A DNA stretch of 64,000 nucleotides from Octopus sinensis (GCF_006345805.1 NC_043000.1:84754001-84818000), one strand, 5' to 3'; shown: positions 1 to 13,650, counted from the stretch's first letter. The notes: generated from the sequence alone by a model not told the origin. Numbers and translations are program-made.

Positions 1-549
1 AGTAGATGTTCCGATGCTCGACTAAATAAGTACCTCCCTGTGTTGATTTAACTGACTGATCTTTTACCCAAGAAGGTGGGACGCTGTACCTTCAGTGGAA
101 AGCATTAGTATCTAATTTTGTGTTTGGATCACTTGGAAAGACAAGTAAGTTATAAGGCAAAAATACTCGGGTTTTAATGAGTTCGATTCGACAGGGAAAG
201 CTCTGTGGCTTAACTGCGGAGCCTATTGGCACCACAAGTCTGAATGCACAAATGGCAATTAACCTATCCTCAGACACACATGCACACTATATCAGCATTT
301 TGCCTAATATATATGTGTGTGTATGTATGTATGTTTGTATGTATGTACGTTGTTGCGTATGAATATATATGAGTGCGTATGCATGTGTAATACACAACAT
401 AAGAGAAGTGAAACAAGAGATATTTTATGCAATTTGTTGATAGCTGTTTCGTATTCTGCGTCCAGTTACATCGGCAACGCTAAAACTCGGAGAGTTAATG
501 TGAACTCTATTTAATCGTTGAATCCTTATTCTTGTTGTTTTATATGTCA

Positions 550-591
<42 letters not shown>

Positions 592-596
<5 letters not shown>

Positions 597-1106
597 AAAA
601 TAGTAAAAAGTGAAAAAACTACAGAAGGCTTGTTTTAAAAGGTTAAAAAATATATATTTGAGTCAATATGTCTGAAGAATATTATAAATTTTTTTCTTAC
701 AATGACATAGTTTAGAAGAAATGACCGGTTCCGCGTTCAGCTTTTCAAATTTCTTACATCGTTATGTTTATGTTGAGAAGAGTTATCGTTATGTTTATGT
801 TGAGAAGAGTTCTAGATAAGGGGAGGTAATAAGTGATTTCTTCCGGTGTAAGGGAGATAATCGCTTAAAATTTTTTGTCTTTCCTTTGGAGTGAATTTCT
901 CTGTATAAGTATGTTGGAATGGTTAAGTCTGGGCTTGTACTTTTCAATGAAGAATGTTTCCTTGTTTAGTCTAATTCTTCTAAACTATGTCATTGTAAGA
1001 AAAAAATTTATCATATTCTTCAGACATATTGACTCAAATATATATTTTTTAACCTTTTAAAACAAGCCTTCTGTAGTTTTTTCACTTTTCACTATTTTCT
1101 ATATAT
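592..1106 (-). mobile_element. Penelope-like element 3' remnant with inverted terminal segment
   Basis: 592-720 and 975-1106 are ~130-bp near-identical inverted repeats. The spacer on the minus strand reads RLNKETFFIEKYKPRLN (GIY-YIG C-terminal signature), followed by a hammerhead-like motif at 718-753. A 27-bp tandem duplication lies at 758-811. Confidence 0.75.
718..753 (-). ncRNA. Minimal type I hammerhead ribozyme-like motif (U3-A8 core, A13G)
   Basis: Minus strand GAAAT-TTGAAAA-GC TGAAC GC-GGAA-C CG G-TC-ATTTC: 5-bp stem I, palindromic stem III, GUC triplet. Confidence 0.5.
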
Positions 1107-1139
1107 TCAACCACGTGCTTTCACAAACCAACTTTCTCA

Positions 1140-1256
<117 letters not shown>

Positions 1257-1522
1257 ATGTATGTATATATCAGTTGAGATTTGGTTTGTAAGGTTCTCTA
1301 TCTGAGTTCGTGTGTTGAAGCATATTATGTTGTGCCTGGGGAGTGTCATTCTCTTTTAGTGTCTTATTATTTAACACACTCACCGTTTAGTTTCCACCCA
1401 TTTACTTATATATATATATATATATATATATGTATAAGGGTGGAAAGGAACACACGAGTTGATATATATGAAAAAACAAGTCAAAAATAGAAAATGCTAA
1501 GATAATTTTATAGTGAATCTTT

Positions 1523-1560
1523 CAGTACCGGTTTCGGTCATTTTGAGACCTTTTCAACTG
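1523..1560 (-). ncRNA. Minimal type I hammerhead ribozyme-like motif (U3-A8 core)
   Basis: Minus strand CAG-TTGAAAA-GGTC TCAAAAT GACC-GAAA-C CG G-TA-CTG: stems I, II and palindromic III present, GUA triplet. Confidence 0.6.
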
Positions 1561-1894
1561 TAACGATTAAATAATTAATTTAGAAAAATTAGAAGAAAAG
1601 GTTTTTTAAAAGAATATTTCTGTAGTAGTGTTCAGATATAAGTAGCATTCTGCCTTTCTCTGACTCCCTTGTTTGCACTTGTGTGTTCGAGGTCGTTTTG
1701 AGTTCTTGGTAGGATAGGTGAAGAATAAGGAGGCTGATGTGGAGAGGGGGTGGGGAAATCTGGGAATGCCTTAATGGTCGTATTTTGAATGGTCAGTGGC
1801 TGACAGTAGTCGCAGTTCAATTCAGGAATTGTTTATGGAATTTGCGTAGGCGTTATACTGAAAGACATTAGTGACAAGGTTAAGGGGTGGAAGG

Positions 1895-2080
1895 TGGAGA
1901 AGTAGAAGAAGAAGAAGATGACGATGTTGATGATGATGATGATGATGAAGAAGAAGAAGAAGAAGAAGAAGAAGAAGAAGGAGAAGGAGAAGATGGTGGT
2001 GATGATGGTGGTGATGATGATGACGATGATGATGATGATAATGATGATGATGAAGAAGAGGAAGAAGAAGAAGAAAAAAA
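1895..2080 (+). repeat. Compound (GAA)n/(GAT)n/(GGT)n microsatellite
   Basis: Direct reading; source of the poly-E/D and poly-M/K ORFs. Confidence 0.95.
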
Positions 2081-2201
2081 CAGAGAAGGGAGAATATGAA
2101 TGGGTGTAAGTATAGCTGTGATGGGGCTGATTAGTAATGGATTCTATGGAGTGTAATATTTGTGTGTGTATATATTTCTTTTATTCTAAAGTTGAGGTAC
2201 A

Positions 2202-2590
2202 TTAATTGTTTGTCGTAGACCCGTTAAGAAGTGGCTTGTATTTTGTAATAAAAAGATTTTCTTTACTTATTCGTTGTCTCGGGGTTGTATCGTCCCTAAA
2301 TTGGTAGAGGGGGAAAATTCTGAAGTTTGGTGTTTTTTTTGTTGGCGCAAGTATCTATGTGTTGGCTAAAAGCTATTTTTCTGTTTTGGGGAATTTTTAT
2401 CTGGGATCTGTGCAGGGCCATTCGTTTACGCAAACCATTTTTTGTTTGGCCTATGTACTGCTCTTGACACCCGGAGCAGGTTAGTGAGTATATTAGGTTC
2501 TCCGAAGCACATGTGAAGTTGCTTTTCACTGTAAACCGTTGTCCCTGTTTGAAGGAGAACTCTGATCCCTCAATTAGATAGTCGCATGCA
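2202..2590 (-). pseudogene. GIY-YIG endonuclease domain of a Penelope-like retroelement, frameshifted
   Basis: NLIYSLTCSGCQEQYIGQTKNGLRKRMALHRSQI. After a frameshift in the T-run near 2331-2340 it continues PNFRIFPLYQFRDDTTPRQRISKENLFITKYKPLLNGSTTNN*. Confidence 0.9.
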
Positions 2591-2629
2591 TTTATATATA
2601 TATATATCGTCATCATTATCATCACGTTG

Positions 2630-2810
2630 AATCCCTACACATCTTTGTCTCTCTCTGTTTTTTCTTTTTTTCGTTTTCTCTCCATTTTTCCGCTCAGTCT
2701 TTTCTGTCGAAGGGTGTAGGCTCGAAACAGTAAAGACTTTTCCATTCTTCCCGAGCGTCAAACTAATACACCTGCTTGTTGTTCATCCACCTGTCTTCGT
2801 CTTTTTATTT
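2630..2810 (+). mobile_element. ~180-bp interspersed repeat carrying a hammerhead-like motif (copy 1 of 3)
   Basis: Homologous to 34655-34830 and 46390-46550; contains CTGTCGAA-GGGT GTAG GCTC-GAAAC at 2704-2728. Confidence 0.7.
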
Positions 2811-2842
2811 TCTGCACATACACACACACACACACACACACA

Positions 2843-2890
<48 letters not shown>

Positions 2891-3290
2891 TCTTTTATTC
2901 TTTTATTTGTTTCCGTCATTTGACTGCGGCCATGCTGGAGCACCACCTTAAGTGGTTTTAGTCGAACAAATCACCCCAGGACTTATTCTCTGTAAGCCTA
3001 GTACTTATTTTATCGGTGTCTTTTGCCGAACTGCTAAGTTGCAGGGACATAAACACACCAGCATCGGTTGTCAAGCGATGGCAGGGGGGGACAAATACAT
3101 ACACACACACATAAATATATATATACATATATACGACGGGCTTCTTTCAGTTTCCGTCTACCAAATCCACTCACAAGTCTTTGATCGGCCTGAGGCTATA
3201 GTAGAAGACACTTGCCTAAGGTGCCACGCAGTGGGACTGAACCCGGAACCATGTGTTTGGAAAGCAAGCTTCTTACCACACAGCCACGCT
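2891..3290 (-). mobile_element. tRNA-derived SINE family A (CORE-like domain, internal microsatellite)
   Basis: Head GCTGTGTGGTAAG..GGTTCAGTCCCACTGCGTGGCACCTTAGGCAAGTGTC; tail CTCCAGCATGGCCGCAGTCAAATGAC; many homologues in the window. Confidence 0.9.
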
Positions 3291-3307
3291 TGATTCAGTG
3301 AGATAGA

Positions 3308-3430
<123 letters not shown>

Positions 3431-3946
3431 GCATCGTGCATGTGAGTGTGTACATGTATATTTGTGGATTTTGCCTAATGTCAAGACAATCGTCAACAAA
3501 ACCTGTTCGATCACCGATATAATTTAGATAAGTTTACAGGGGCAATGGACGCAAAATGCCCTACCGGTATAACTGTAAGGGAACACGAACAACTAATCTT
3601 TCTATAACCAATTTTATCGACCGTAATCAACACTGGGACTATATACGTGTATGTTTTCGTTGTGTTTGTATGCGTGAGTAATGAGTTTGTGTTTTCATGT
3701 GTAGCAAGGATCGAAAACCGATGTGCTAGAGAAAGCAATACACTCACACACACACACATACACACACACACACAACACACACACACACACCACACACACA
3801 CACACACACACATACACACATACACACACATACACACACATACACGCATATATCCACGCGCACGCATGCACTTTCAATAAAAATATAAATGCAGAAAATA
3901 ATTTTTATAAATTGAATATGTTTAGCAAGTCGCATAAATTAAAGTA

Positions 3947-4298
3947 TGGGGTGGTCTGAAAGTCTTGTCACCCCCTAACGAAAAGTAATTAGGACAGTAG
4001 AGGAACAATATAATAATATCAAACATATGTACTGATTTTAGTTTATTCATTTTCACTGACACAGCCACACATCGACACTGTCACACATATTCGTAAAACA
4101 TCACACAGGACATGGCGCCGCATCATTTTGCGCCACGAAAATGATGGTTTTCATTAAAGACCTCGATGTGTGGCAGTGTAAGTGTCAATGAAAATGAATA
4201 TACTAAAACCAGTACATGTGTTTGATATTATTATATTGTTCCTCTATTGTTCTTAGTACTTTTTCGGTAGGGATTGACAAGACTTTCGGACCAACCTA
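3947..4298. mobile_element. MITE of the Tc1/mariner type with ~130-bp terminal inverted repeats
   Basis: Left GGTGGTCTGAAAGTCTTGTCA...TTCATTTTCACTGACAC matches the reverse complement of the right end; TA at 3945-46 and 4299-4300. Confidence 0.85.
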
Positions 4299-5372
4299 TA
4301 CGATAGCTGGTCAGTAGCAACGTATTCCATGTTAAAAGAGTTGAGTTATTCGTAAAATTTGCACATAATATAGTAGTCATCCATATAGTTCGAAAGCAGG
4401 ATAATGAGAGGAGAAAAAAAGAATGTTATTAATCATAGGTGAAGGAAGCATTACACTGTGTAACACGATTTTTGCCCTTGGGTAGAAACTCTTATTTCCT
4501 CTTTGATTACCCCTATGAAGTACGAAAAATGGCAAATATTTCTTTCCAACATTGCTTTTCTTACATTTTTTCAAACCCCAAAGAATCCCTCTCAACATAT
4601 GGCTCTCAACACTACACCTGCTCAAGATCAGAGATGCATATATTGTCAGCCATTAAGGAACATGCTTAAGTGATTACGGTCATGCAACTGACAGGCCAAT
4701 TTGTGGTACTGAGCAGAATATTTGCTATAACGATATTTCTGTTCCAGTAACTCAGCGCTGAATCTGTCTGAAATGTAATGGAAAATAAGTCTGTTTCAAA
4801 ACATTGATGTCCAGTTTACAAAAGCAAAGTCTGAAGGGAATAGTAGTCGTTTCCTTTGATTTCTAGATAAAAGCAAGTAGGAAATAACACTTACTGACTA
4901 AAGGCAAAAGAAAAAATTAAAATTTTGTTACACAATGTTATTGGGTCAGAATAACTTTCTGTATATCTTACTTAATGTGGAAATGCTGTAGAAAGCCATT
5001 GAACTGCTGAATTCGTCTTGAGAAAACTTTTCGTATGTTGCTAAAAAGATTAGAAGCGTATCAGCAGCGTCCAGCTACGGTTGTGGGGAGCGGGACAGAG
5101 GCAAATAAAAATTACATAATTTTATATACAGACTGTGTGTATTATAGCTGTTTTTTGAGGACAACTTCTGTTCACTGTACAAGTAAGTTCCCGGAACAAT
5201 GTATCCATCTCCACCCATCTTCCAATTATTCAATATCATTTGCTATTGACATGAGTATGCTGGGCGTGAGTTTATCAGTGCATGTTTCTATATGTGCCAT
5301 TTATGTACTCCCGTTCGTGTATTTACATTAGGTATATAGATAATTATACGAACATATGTATATAAATATATA

Positions 5373-6525
5373 CTAGCTGGTGTACCCGGTAATTTCCGGG
5401 GTGAAGATGTTCTATTGAAACACATTTTTACTATGATATAAGAAAGCAATTTCGTTAGGTCTGCCACGACATGTGTATTTTCCGTCACGAAAAAATATAA
5501 AGAACTGTCAACTGGAGGAGGGAGAGATTGTTGAAGGTTGGCGAGAGAGGTTTTTGGGGGTTAGCGAGAAAGATTGTCGGAGGTTGGTGAGAGAGGTTGT
5601 CAGAGGTTGGTGAGAGGCAAAGACATCAGTCTGCTTACCGAAGGCATCTGGGAAATGTATAACTGCTGTTATTCGCAGAAAAACTATTGTTTTACCGTGA
5701 GAAAAGCGCTGTTGAAGTGTTAAGTAAAATTTGGCGGCAGTCGATAATCCACGCTGTGTCTGTATGAAGCCACTAGAAATAAGTTGTGGAATAAAAAATT
5801 TATCTACTGTCATGGAATAGTGTAACTGTAAAAATGCAGAATTATCGGAGTAATGGGCATTCAAAAAAGCATGTATGTATAGAAATGTATGAATGAAGTC
5901 TTTAATGTTTAAGATTCAAATTAAAGAAGTGCAATAATAATGTTTAGCAGTTCAAAACTGAGTAGTGAAATGCAGAATTAGGCCGGCTAATCGTGAAAAT
6001 CAAATATTGATAGCTTCGTTAAAATTTGCAGGTGGTATGGGTTATTTTCCTTGTGTTGTTTAAAGAAAATATTAGTTATATGTAGTAGATAGAAGGATCC
6101 ATTGGAAGGGCCCTATTATCGATTGTTTTTCAACAATGCAAGTATATCACGAGGTTTCCAGACATGGGTTCTACTCACGTGTCAAATAAAGTATAAAAGT
6201 GATATTGTTTGCAAAAATTAAACATAGGACACACAAAAAATAATAATATTCAAATTAATCGAACATAAACAATAAAGTGGGTTATTTCCCTTGAGCTTTT
6301 AAAAAATAGTATATAGGTGCTATGGGTTATTTCGCATGGGTGTTTAAAAAAAATAGCTATATGAGGTAGGTGTAACGGTCCCTTCCAGGGGCCGTATTAT
6401 CGATTTTTCAACAATCTAAGTATTTCACGAGGTTTCAAGACACCAAAATCAATAAAACGATGTAGGAGGAGTTAGCTAACAACGCCACCAACAAACACAC
6501 ACAGATTTTCCACATATGTAGTATA
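5373..6525 (-). mobile_element. Non-autonomous Helitron (copy 1)
   Basis: Minus-strand 3' end CCCGG-AAATTA-CCGGG hairpin, 8 nt, CTAG, then T. Both termini are homologous to 52109-52974; internal module duplicated (about 6040-6190 vs 6320-6450). Confidence 0.75.
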
Positions 6526-6866
6526 TATATATGTGTGTGTGTGTGTCTGTCTGTCTGTCTGCATAACACACACATGAATATGTATTTGCAAATTAGGAAT
6601 AATAAATCCTTGACGATCTGTCAACTTGGAGAGTGGGCAACAGTATATACGCGAGCGCGCGGCATGCGCATGTTCACTCACATAAAACTCATGCACAGAC
6701 ATGCACACGCATACACACACACATACACATGCACATGCATATGCGTGTGCCTGTGTGAGTGTGTGTGGATATATCACTGATATATTCAAAATATCACAGG
6801 AATAAATCATCTCACTCTCACTATTGGCAGTGACGTTTGTGCATGAGTATACATATATAAAGGAGT

Positions 6867-7200
<334 letters not shown>

Positions 7201-7209
7201 AATACATAA

Positions 7210-7613
7210 AGAGATCTAAGGAAGAATGTTATGATCAAGAAGGTGAATGACAATGACGTTTTTGTGAGCACAGTTTGTGGCAGACCACGCCTGACTTTTG
7301 CTCGCCTCAAATCTCATTTGCGAACCCACGGAAAACGAACCTCTACCAATTATTCTGCCTATATGCCTGTGCACCCCTTTAAATGCAGTATATGCCAGAT
7401 AATTTGCAAATCTAACGAAGACCTCAAAAGACACTTTAAGATTCACAAAGATCAGAAGTTATCTGCAGCTCTTGCTAGTCCAAATATGATGTGCAATCTA
7501 TGCAGGTGTCTTTTCAGAACATTGCCTGGTTTAAAAATCCACATCAGATGCCATGATGGTACTAAGGTGTAGGTACAGGAGGTGGTCAAACTCTGCATAA
7601 GGAGACAACCACC
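7210..7613 (+). pseudogene. Three C2H2-like zinc fingers, probably the C-terminus and 3' UTR of an RTE-type LINE
   Basis: ORF 7231-7572: [23 protein letters not shown] (first C lost), FKCSICQIICKSNEDLKRHFKIH, MMCNLCRCLFRTLPGLKIHIRCH. No TGEKP linkers. GGTGGT..ACCACC stem-loop (7581-7613) just after the stop, then a microsatellite. The zinc fingers are clear; the RTE origin is inferred. Confidence 0.55.
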
Positions 7614-7624
7614 ATAGGCGTATA

Positions 7625-7682
<58 letters not shown>

Positions 7683-7874
7683 ATATAATATATATACGTA
7701 TATATACGCACATATATAAGTACATGTGTATATATATATATACGTATATAAATACATATATATATTTATATATATATATATAATATATATATATATACAT
7801 ATGCATACCTATATTTATATTGTTTGTATAATATTTGTTCTACTGTATTTGTTAATACTTCTTTTATTATTATT

Positions 7875-7917
<43 letters not shown>

Positions 7918-10900
7918 ATTTCCCTCTATTTCTTTCTCTCTTCCTGTCTTTCACCCACTCCAACGCGCTCAGATTCGTTTTTCTATCTACCTTTTTGTAC
8001 TCTTTTTTTTTGCGTTTCCAATCCCATGCAGACAATTGTCTATTGTATTTTACTCAAAATTAGTTACGTGAACAGCGACAACATTCGAAAGACGGAATAT
8101 TCTCAAGCAACTAATTTTTATTGTTATATTGAATATAAATTAATTTTATTGAAATTTTGGTTTAAAACTCCACTGCTAAAAAAAATCATAGCAGAGCAGA
8201 GGAAGGTAAAAGGAAATGGCGTCAACGTGTCAGGTGAATTTAAGGAATAAAGACACATTCTCAAGACAGCCTTCATGAATTTTTGAAAGAAAAGAAATTC
8301 TGCTACAGTCAATATTACCTTCGGGCAATAGAGATTACATTTCCCCAACGCAGAACATACCCACTTTTCTCAAATTATATTGGCTTATTAAGCAGGTAAT
8401 TCATTTCATAAATTGTTAATTTGTATTCCTAATGAGAATAACTCTTTTAGTTCATCAATTAACCCTTTAACCCCTAAATTACTTCTTTATATGGAAAAAT
8501 TAGTTTTCATTGTTTACAATTGCTCGTGCAATGAATTGATAACAAAATAATATAATCGCACGAAAAATAAACTCGTAACAATCAGAATTTTGCAAAAAAT
8601 TACCATTTTCAGAATAACCTGTTGATGTTGTCTTGTGGCATATCAAACCACAAGTGAATGCGAAAATATGACTCCTCACAAATTTTTATTACAGATGGTT
8701 CTGTTCAAGTCTCTAAATATGTCGCCGTCGTCAAAAATCAAATAGAGATTATGGCAGTCAGTTGTTTCACACACATAAACACGCACTCACACTCATACAC
8801 ACACACACTCACATTCATACATACACACATACACACATACACTCACTCTCATACACACATACACTCACACATACATTATTATCACCTCACACTGTGTTCT
8901 ATATCCAGTCCAACATCAGTTAAGTATATACATATATGTATGAACGAACCAAAATCGTCAAATTGTAGGGTTGATATAATTGACCACAATTTCGAATGAT
9001 TTCTGAAAAATGTCTTACTTAAAAATCTGTTCAATAGGATTATTAAACAATTTCAGCTACTTCCAATGACACCTAGCAACAAAGGCTGCTCGTTTTTTTC
9101 AGCCAAATGTTGTAATTTCTACTGGTTCCTTTTCATCATCTGCTTAAACAAATTGTACTATTCAACTCTAAGTACAACCAGAAATTACAAATAAATAATC
9201 TCAACTCCCTTTCTTCAATGAGCATAAATATATTCAACAAACGAAATTACCTTTAGTGTAACTTCTGTTACCCAATCAAATCAATTAATGTATTTTAAAT
9301 TTCCAAGTAGACAATTAGAAACACTCTTTCCAATCGATTTGGTTCAATGCTTCTTATTTCGTTCATTATGATCAAATCTGCGATCGTGTATATTGTTCGT
9401 TTTTAGCGAGGGAGGGGGGAGCTGTCTGTACAAAATACAATGAAAACTCAAAACGGATAAATTTTTTTTAAGGATTTTGTTATTGGAAAAAAGTCTTATC
9501 TGTACTTTGAGGAAAATCCATTTTCCAAATGTCATCTCGCTGTTATTGAAACGGAATAGTTAAATCCTAAATTCAATAACGTTAGAGAATTGCTGGATAA
9601 AGCAGCAAGAAAAATATGCAAACAAATCGTAAATGCATAGTAAAAATTATTGAGTTATTGCGCTTCCCTTTCCACAAATTTGTAAATCTTACTGGGATTG
9701 AGATGGAAAGATAATTCCGTTCTTCTGGAGTCTCTCAACTGAGCTGGTATATATAGAAAACTAAACCCCGATATATTAAATGGGTTCTGTTCCATAATGC
9801 CTGACTTTGTTGTAAGAACTTCTTATGGGAATCAGATACAGACCTATGTTTCTATTATTGCAAACGACAAATATACCAATACATTTAACAAATAGCAACT
9901 CACGTTATTTATCTGTTGAGTCGACAAATATTTGGTAATCAATGAAGAATTCCACAGTTTTTATAGCTTGCCAAGCCTAAAATCGCCAACAATTGTTGTG
10001 GCTGTACTCACAAGAGTGCGACTACATTTCTGAAACTGTAGAAGAGTATGCTTTCACTGTGGGTAAAAAACCTGTCTGAGATAACATTTAAAAAATTTGG
10101 AATGGCCGAACGTTTGGAAATATTTAAGTCGATGGATTTAGAAAAGTATTCTTGTCAAGTCTGAGTATGAAGGAAACCATGATGTAATGAGTAACAATAC
10201 ATCGATTGTTACTTTAATCAAGTATTCGTGAGAATTTATTTGATGAGTTCAAAAGGAAGTATGGAAGAATCTGAAAGAAAATTCATGTCTGCTAGTATCT
10301 TAATTATGAGTTCAATGCAGTGCTCGTGACGAATTCAACGTGTGCAACCAGAGTTTGATACAAATTCTCAGCGCCGTGTAAGTGAATGTCTGACGCAAAC
10401 TGAAATATGTCATGTATTATTCGGACTAAATCTCAGCCAGCTCTTGCACTCGTCTTACTCGCATACAGACGATTTATGGAAGTCTAGGAAAGAAAAGTCT
10501 GAGGAGATTACTAAACTAATTAAGCAAAATATGAAGAATTAATATTTATTTTAGATACCATTTATGGTGATATTATGCAGAAGGTAAGGACGCATCATTT
10601 CGTCTTACAATCTGTATTACCATGGAAGTGAAAGACCTCTAGTAAAAAAAAAAAAAAAGAAATCTGAAATAGAAATTTAGGTGGGTACATTTCTATAAAA
10701 CACGTGACCATCGGAATTATGTGTATTTTTAGGCCATGGGTACTATAAATTTTTATAATGACAAATTCTTTGATCAGACAAGTTACAAAGTAAATTCAAG
10801 GTTGGAAACATTTCTTCTATCAATCAATAAAGAATACACAAACCAATTTTATTAAGTGAAGTTACACTGATGACATTCGTATTGATACTTTGGTAGTTTA

Positions 10901-10918
10901 ACTTCCGTCATCTAAGCT

Positions 10919-10975
10919 GGTCTACAATGTCATTTAAACAAAATACTTCTGTTTGTTTAAATGACATTGTAGACC
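10919..10975. other. Perfect 24-bp hairpin with 9-nt loop
   Basis: GGTCTACAATGTCATTTAAACAAA-atacttctg-TTTGTTTAAATGACATTGTAGACC. Confidence 0.95.
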
Positions 10976-11334
10976 ACCAGAATGATTGTAAACAGCCGAT
11001 GGCAGACACGTAATATCATAGATTTTTAAATAAACTTGTCTGCTCGTCTGATGATTCCTTCCACATTTGCTCCAGTTGAACGAACATTATCACGGACAGA
11101 ACGATTAAAGACTTGTCTTCGATCAAGAATAACAGACATAACACAAAGAACATAAAGACATGATAAATCTGACAATAGTTTCTGCAGTATTTACTCCCAA
11201 AAATGATAACAGTTAGAAAGCAAAAACAATTTCGACAAATTTCGTCTGGCTTTGATTGTAAATTGAGTTAAAAGAATATTATAATCACGACTGTTTCTTT
11301 TTCTTTCTTTTTCATTCCCTGAATGTCATTTAAT

Positions 11335-11615
11335 TATATTTTACTATACACAAGTTACAAATATACGTAACATATTTTACTATATACACGTTACAATCAT
11401 TAGTAAAGTATTTTACTATAGACACGTTACAAAATTTGCTAACGTATTTTATTATGCACTCGCTACAAACATAAGTACACGCTACGAATATATTTTACTA
11501 GACACATTTTACTCAAAATATGTTTTACTTGACGTATATTACGAACTTTCATAACTAATTATACTATACAAATGTTACAAACTCTTGTGCTGTATTTTAC
11601 TATACGCACGTTACG
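11335..11615 (+). repeat. Degenerate ~35-40-bp minisatellite (TATTTTACTATACACGTTACAA core)
   Basis: Core motif recurs about 6-7 times. Confidence 0.7.
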
Positions 11616-11824
11616 ACACCTTCCAAACCACCCGGTTGCGGAATATCACATGCTAAGGACACATAGAAATCATGCATTTTTCGTGCCTATAATTACGTTC
11701 GATTCATCTTTTAATATTAATTTAAAGGCACGGGTGATTGCAAATGTTTGACTATCTCCACTGCAAATTAACACCAAGTTTTATTACCCGCCCCACGCCT
11801 ACATAAAAATAATTTTGCGCTATT

Positions 11825-11862
<38 letters not shown>

Positions 11863-12573
11863 CGTGTGTGTGTGTGTGCATGCGCGTATGCGTGCGTGCG
11901 GTGCTTGCGAGCGTGCGTGCGAGCGTGCGTGCGAGCGTGCGTGCGAGCGTGCGTGCGTGCGTGCTTGCGTGTTTGTGTGCTTGCAACTTGCGTGCGTGTG
12001 TGCGTGTGGGATAAAGGACACTTTATCGAATTACATTCGTTGCGTTATCAGCTACTCAACTCCGTATTAGTTGGATCCATTTTATAGTAGTTGATATTCT
12101 TGCTGAGTAGACCCTATGATGATCATTTTAGGCATGACCATCTCATCAATTTTTTAAGACAGTATATTTCGGATCATATCATACAATGTCCTTCCCTTAT
12201 TAAGAGGGTATGGCTGCTATTTCTAAGGAATCGTTCGAGCTCGTAAGGGTTCACATATTGGCTCATGTCGAAGGGTGAAACTGACTCGTCATTAAAATGC
12301 AACGAATTAGTAAAACGTGACTAGATTTACAAAAGCTTTGACATGTTATAGATTTTTTATAAACGTGTGTGCATAGCTGATGAAATTCGTTGGATCAAAA
12401 CAGCTAACACGGCAGGTATATTTCATTTTTCTAATGCATGTTTTAAAATTTGATTAAGATGACACACCTGAACTCTTAATTCTTGTGATAATAACCGAAA
12501 GGAATAATACTATTATTGTGGCTCTTGTATTCATACTATCTGTGTGTGTACACATGTAGTGGGAACAATTATT

Positions 12574-13300
<727 letters not shown>

Positions 13301-13301
13301 A

Positions 13302-13423
<122 letters not shown>

Positions 13424-13450
13424 GTATATGTGTGTATATATATATATATT

Positions 13451-13565
13451 CTTTTATTCTTTTCAGACATTTGACTGCGGCCATACTGGAGCACACCCTT
13501 AAAGTGTTTTAGTCGAAGACATCGACCCCAGGACTTATTTGTAAGCCTGGGACTTATTCTATCGA
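13451..13565 (-). mobile_element. SINE family A, 3' fragment
   Basis: TTTGACTGCGGCCATACTGGAGCAC...GACCCCAGGACTTATT. Confidence 0.8.
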
Positions 13566-13650
13566 TATATATATATGTATTATAATATTAGGGAGTATAA
13601 CTCCAAACATACAGGGAAAAATTCAATTTAGTATTAAATCAAATTTCAAA

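Larger units (their letters stand above)
1490..2590 (-). mobile_element. Penelope-like element 3' part (GIY-YIG domain, 3' UTR interrupted by microsatellite, hammerhead)
   Basis: GIY-YIG coding remnant at 2202-2590, with the hammerhead motif at 1523-1560 downstream on the same strand. Treating these as one element is inference. Confidence 0.6.

Noticed and set aside
8459-8480. TTAA-CCCTTTAACCCC piggyBac-like terminus
   Set aside because: No matching opposite terminus or transposase remnant found by eye.
9690-9745. Possible 51-nt minus-strand exon (ACCAG|...CCCA|GTAAGA)
   Set aside because: Splice-like signals only, two open frames, no recognisable peptide or neighbouring exons.
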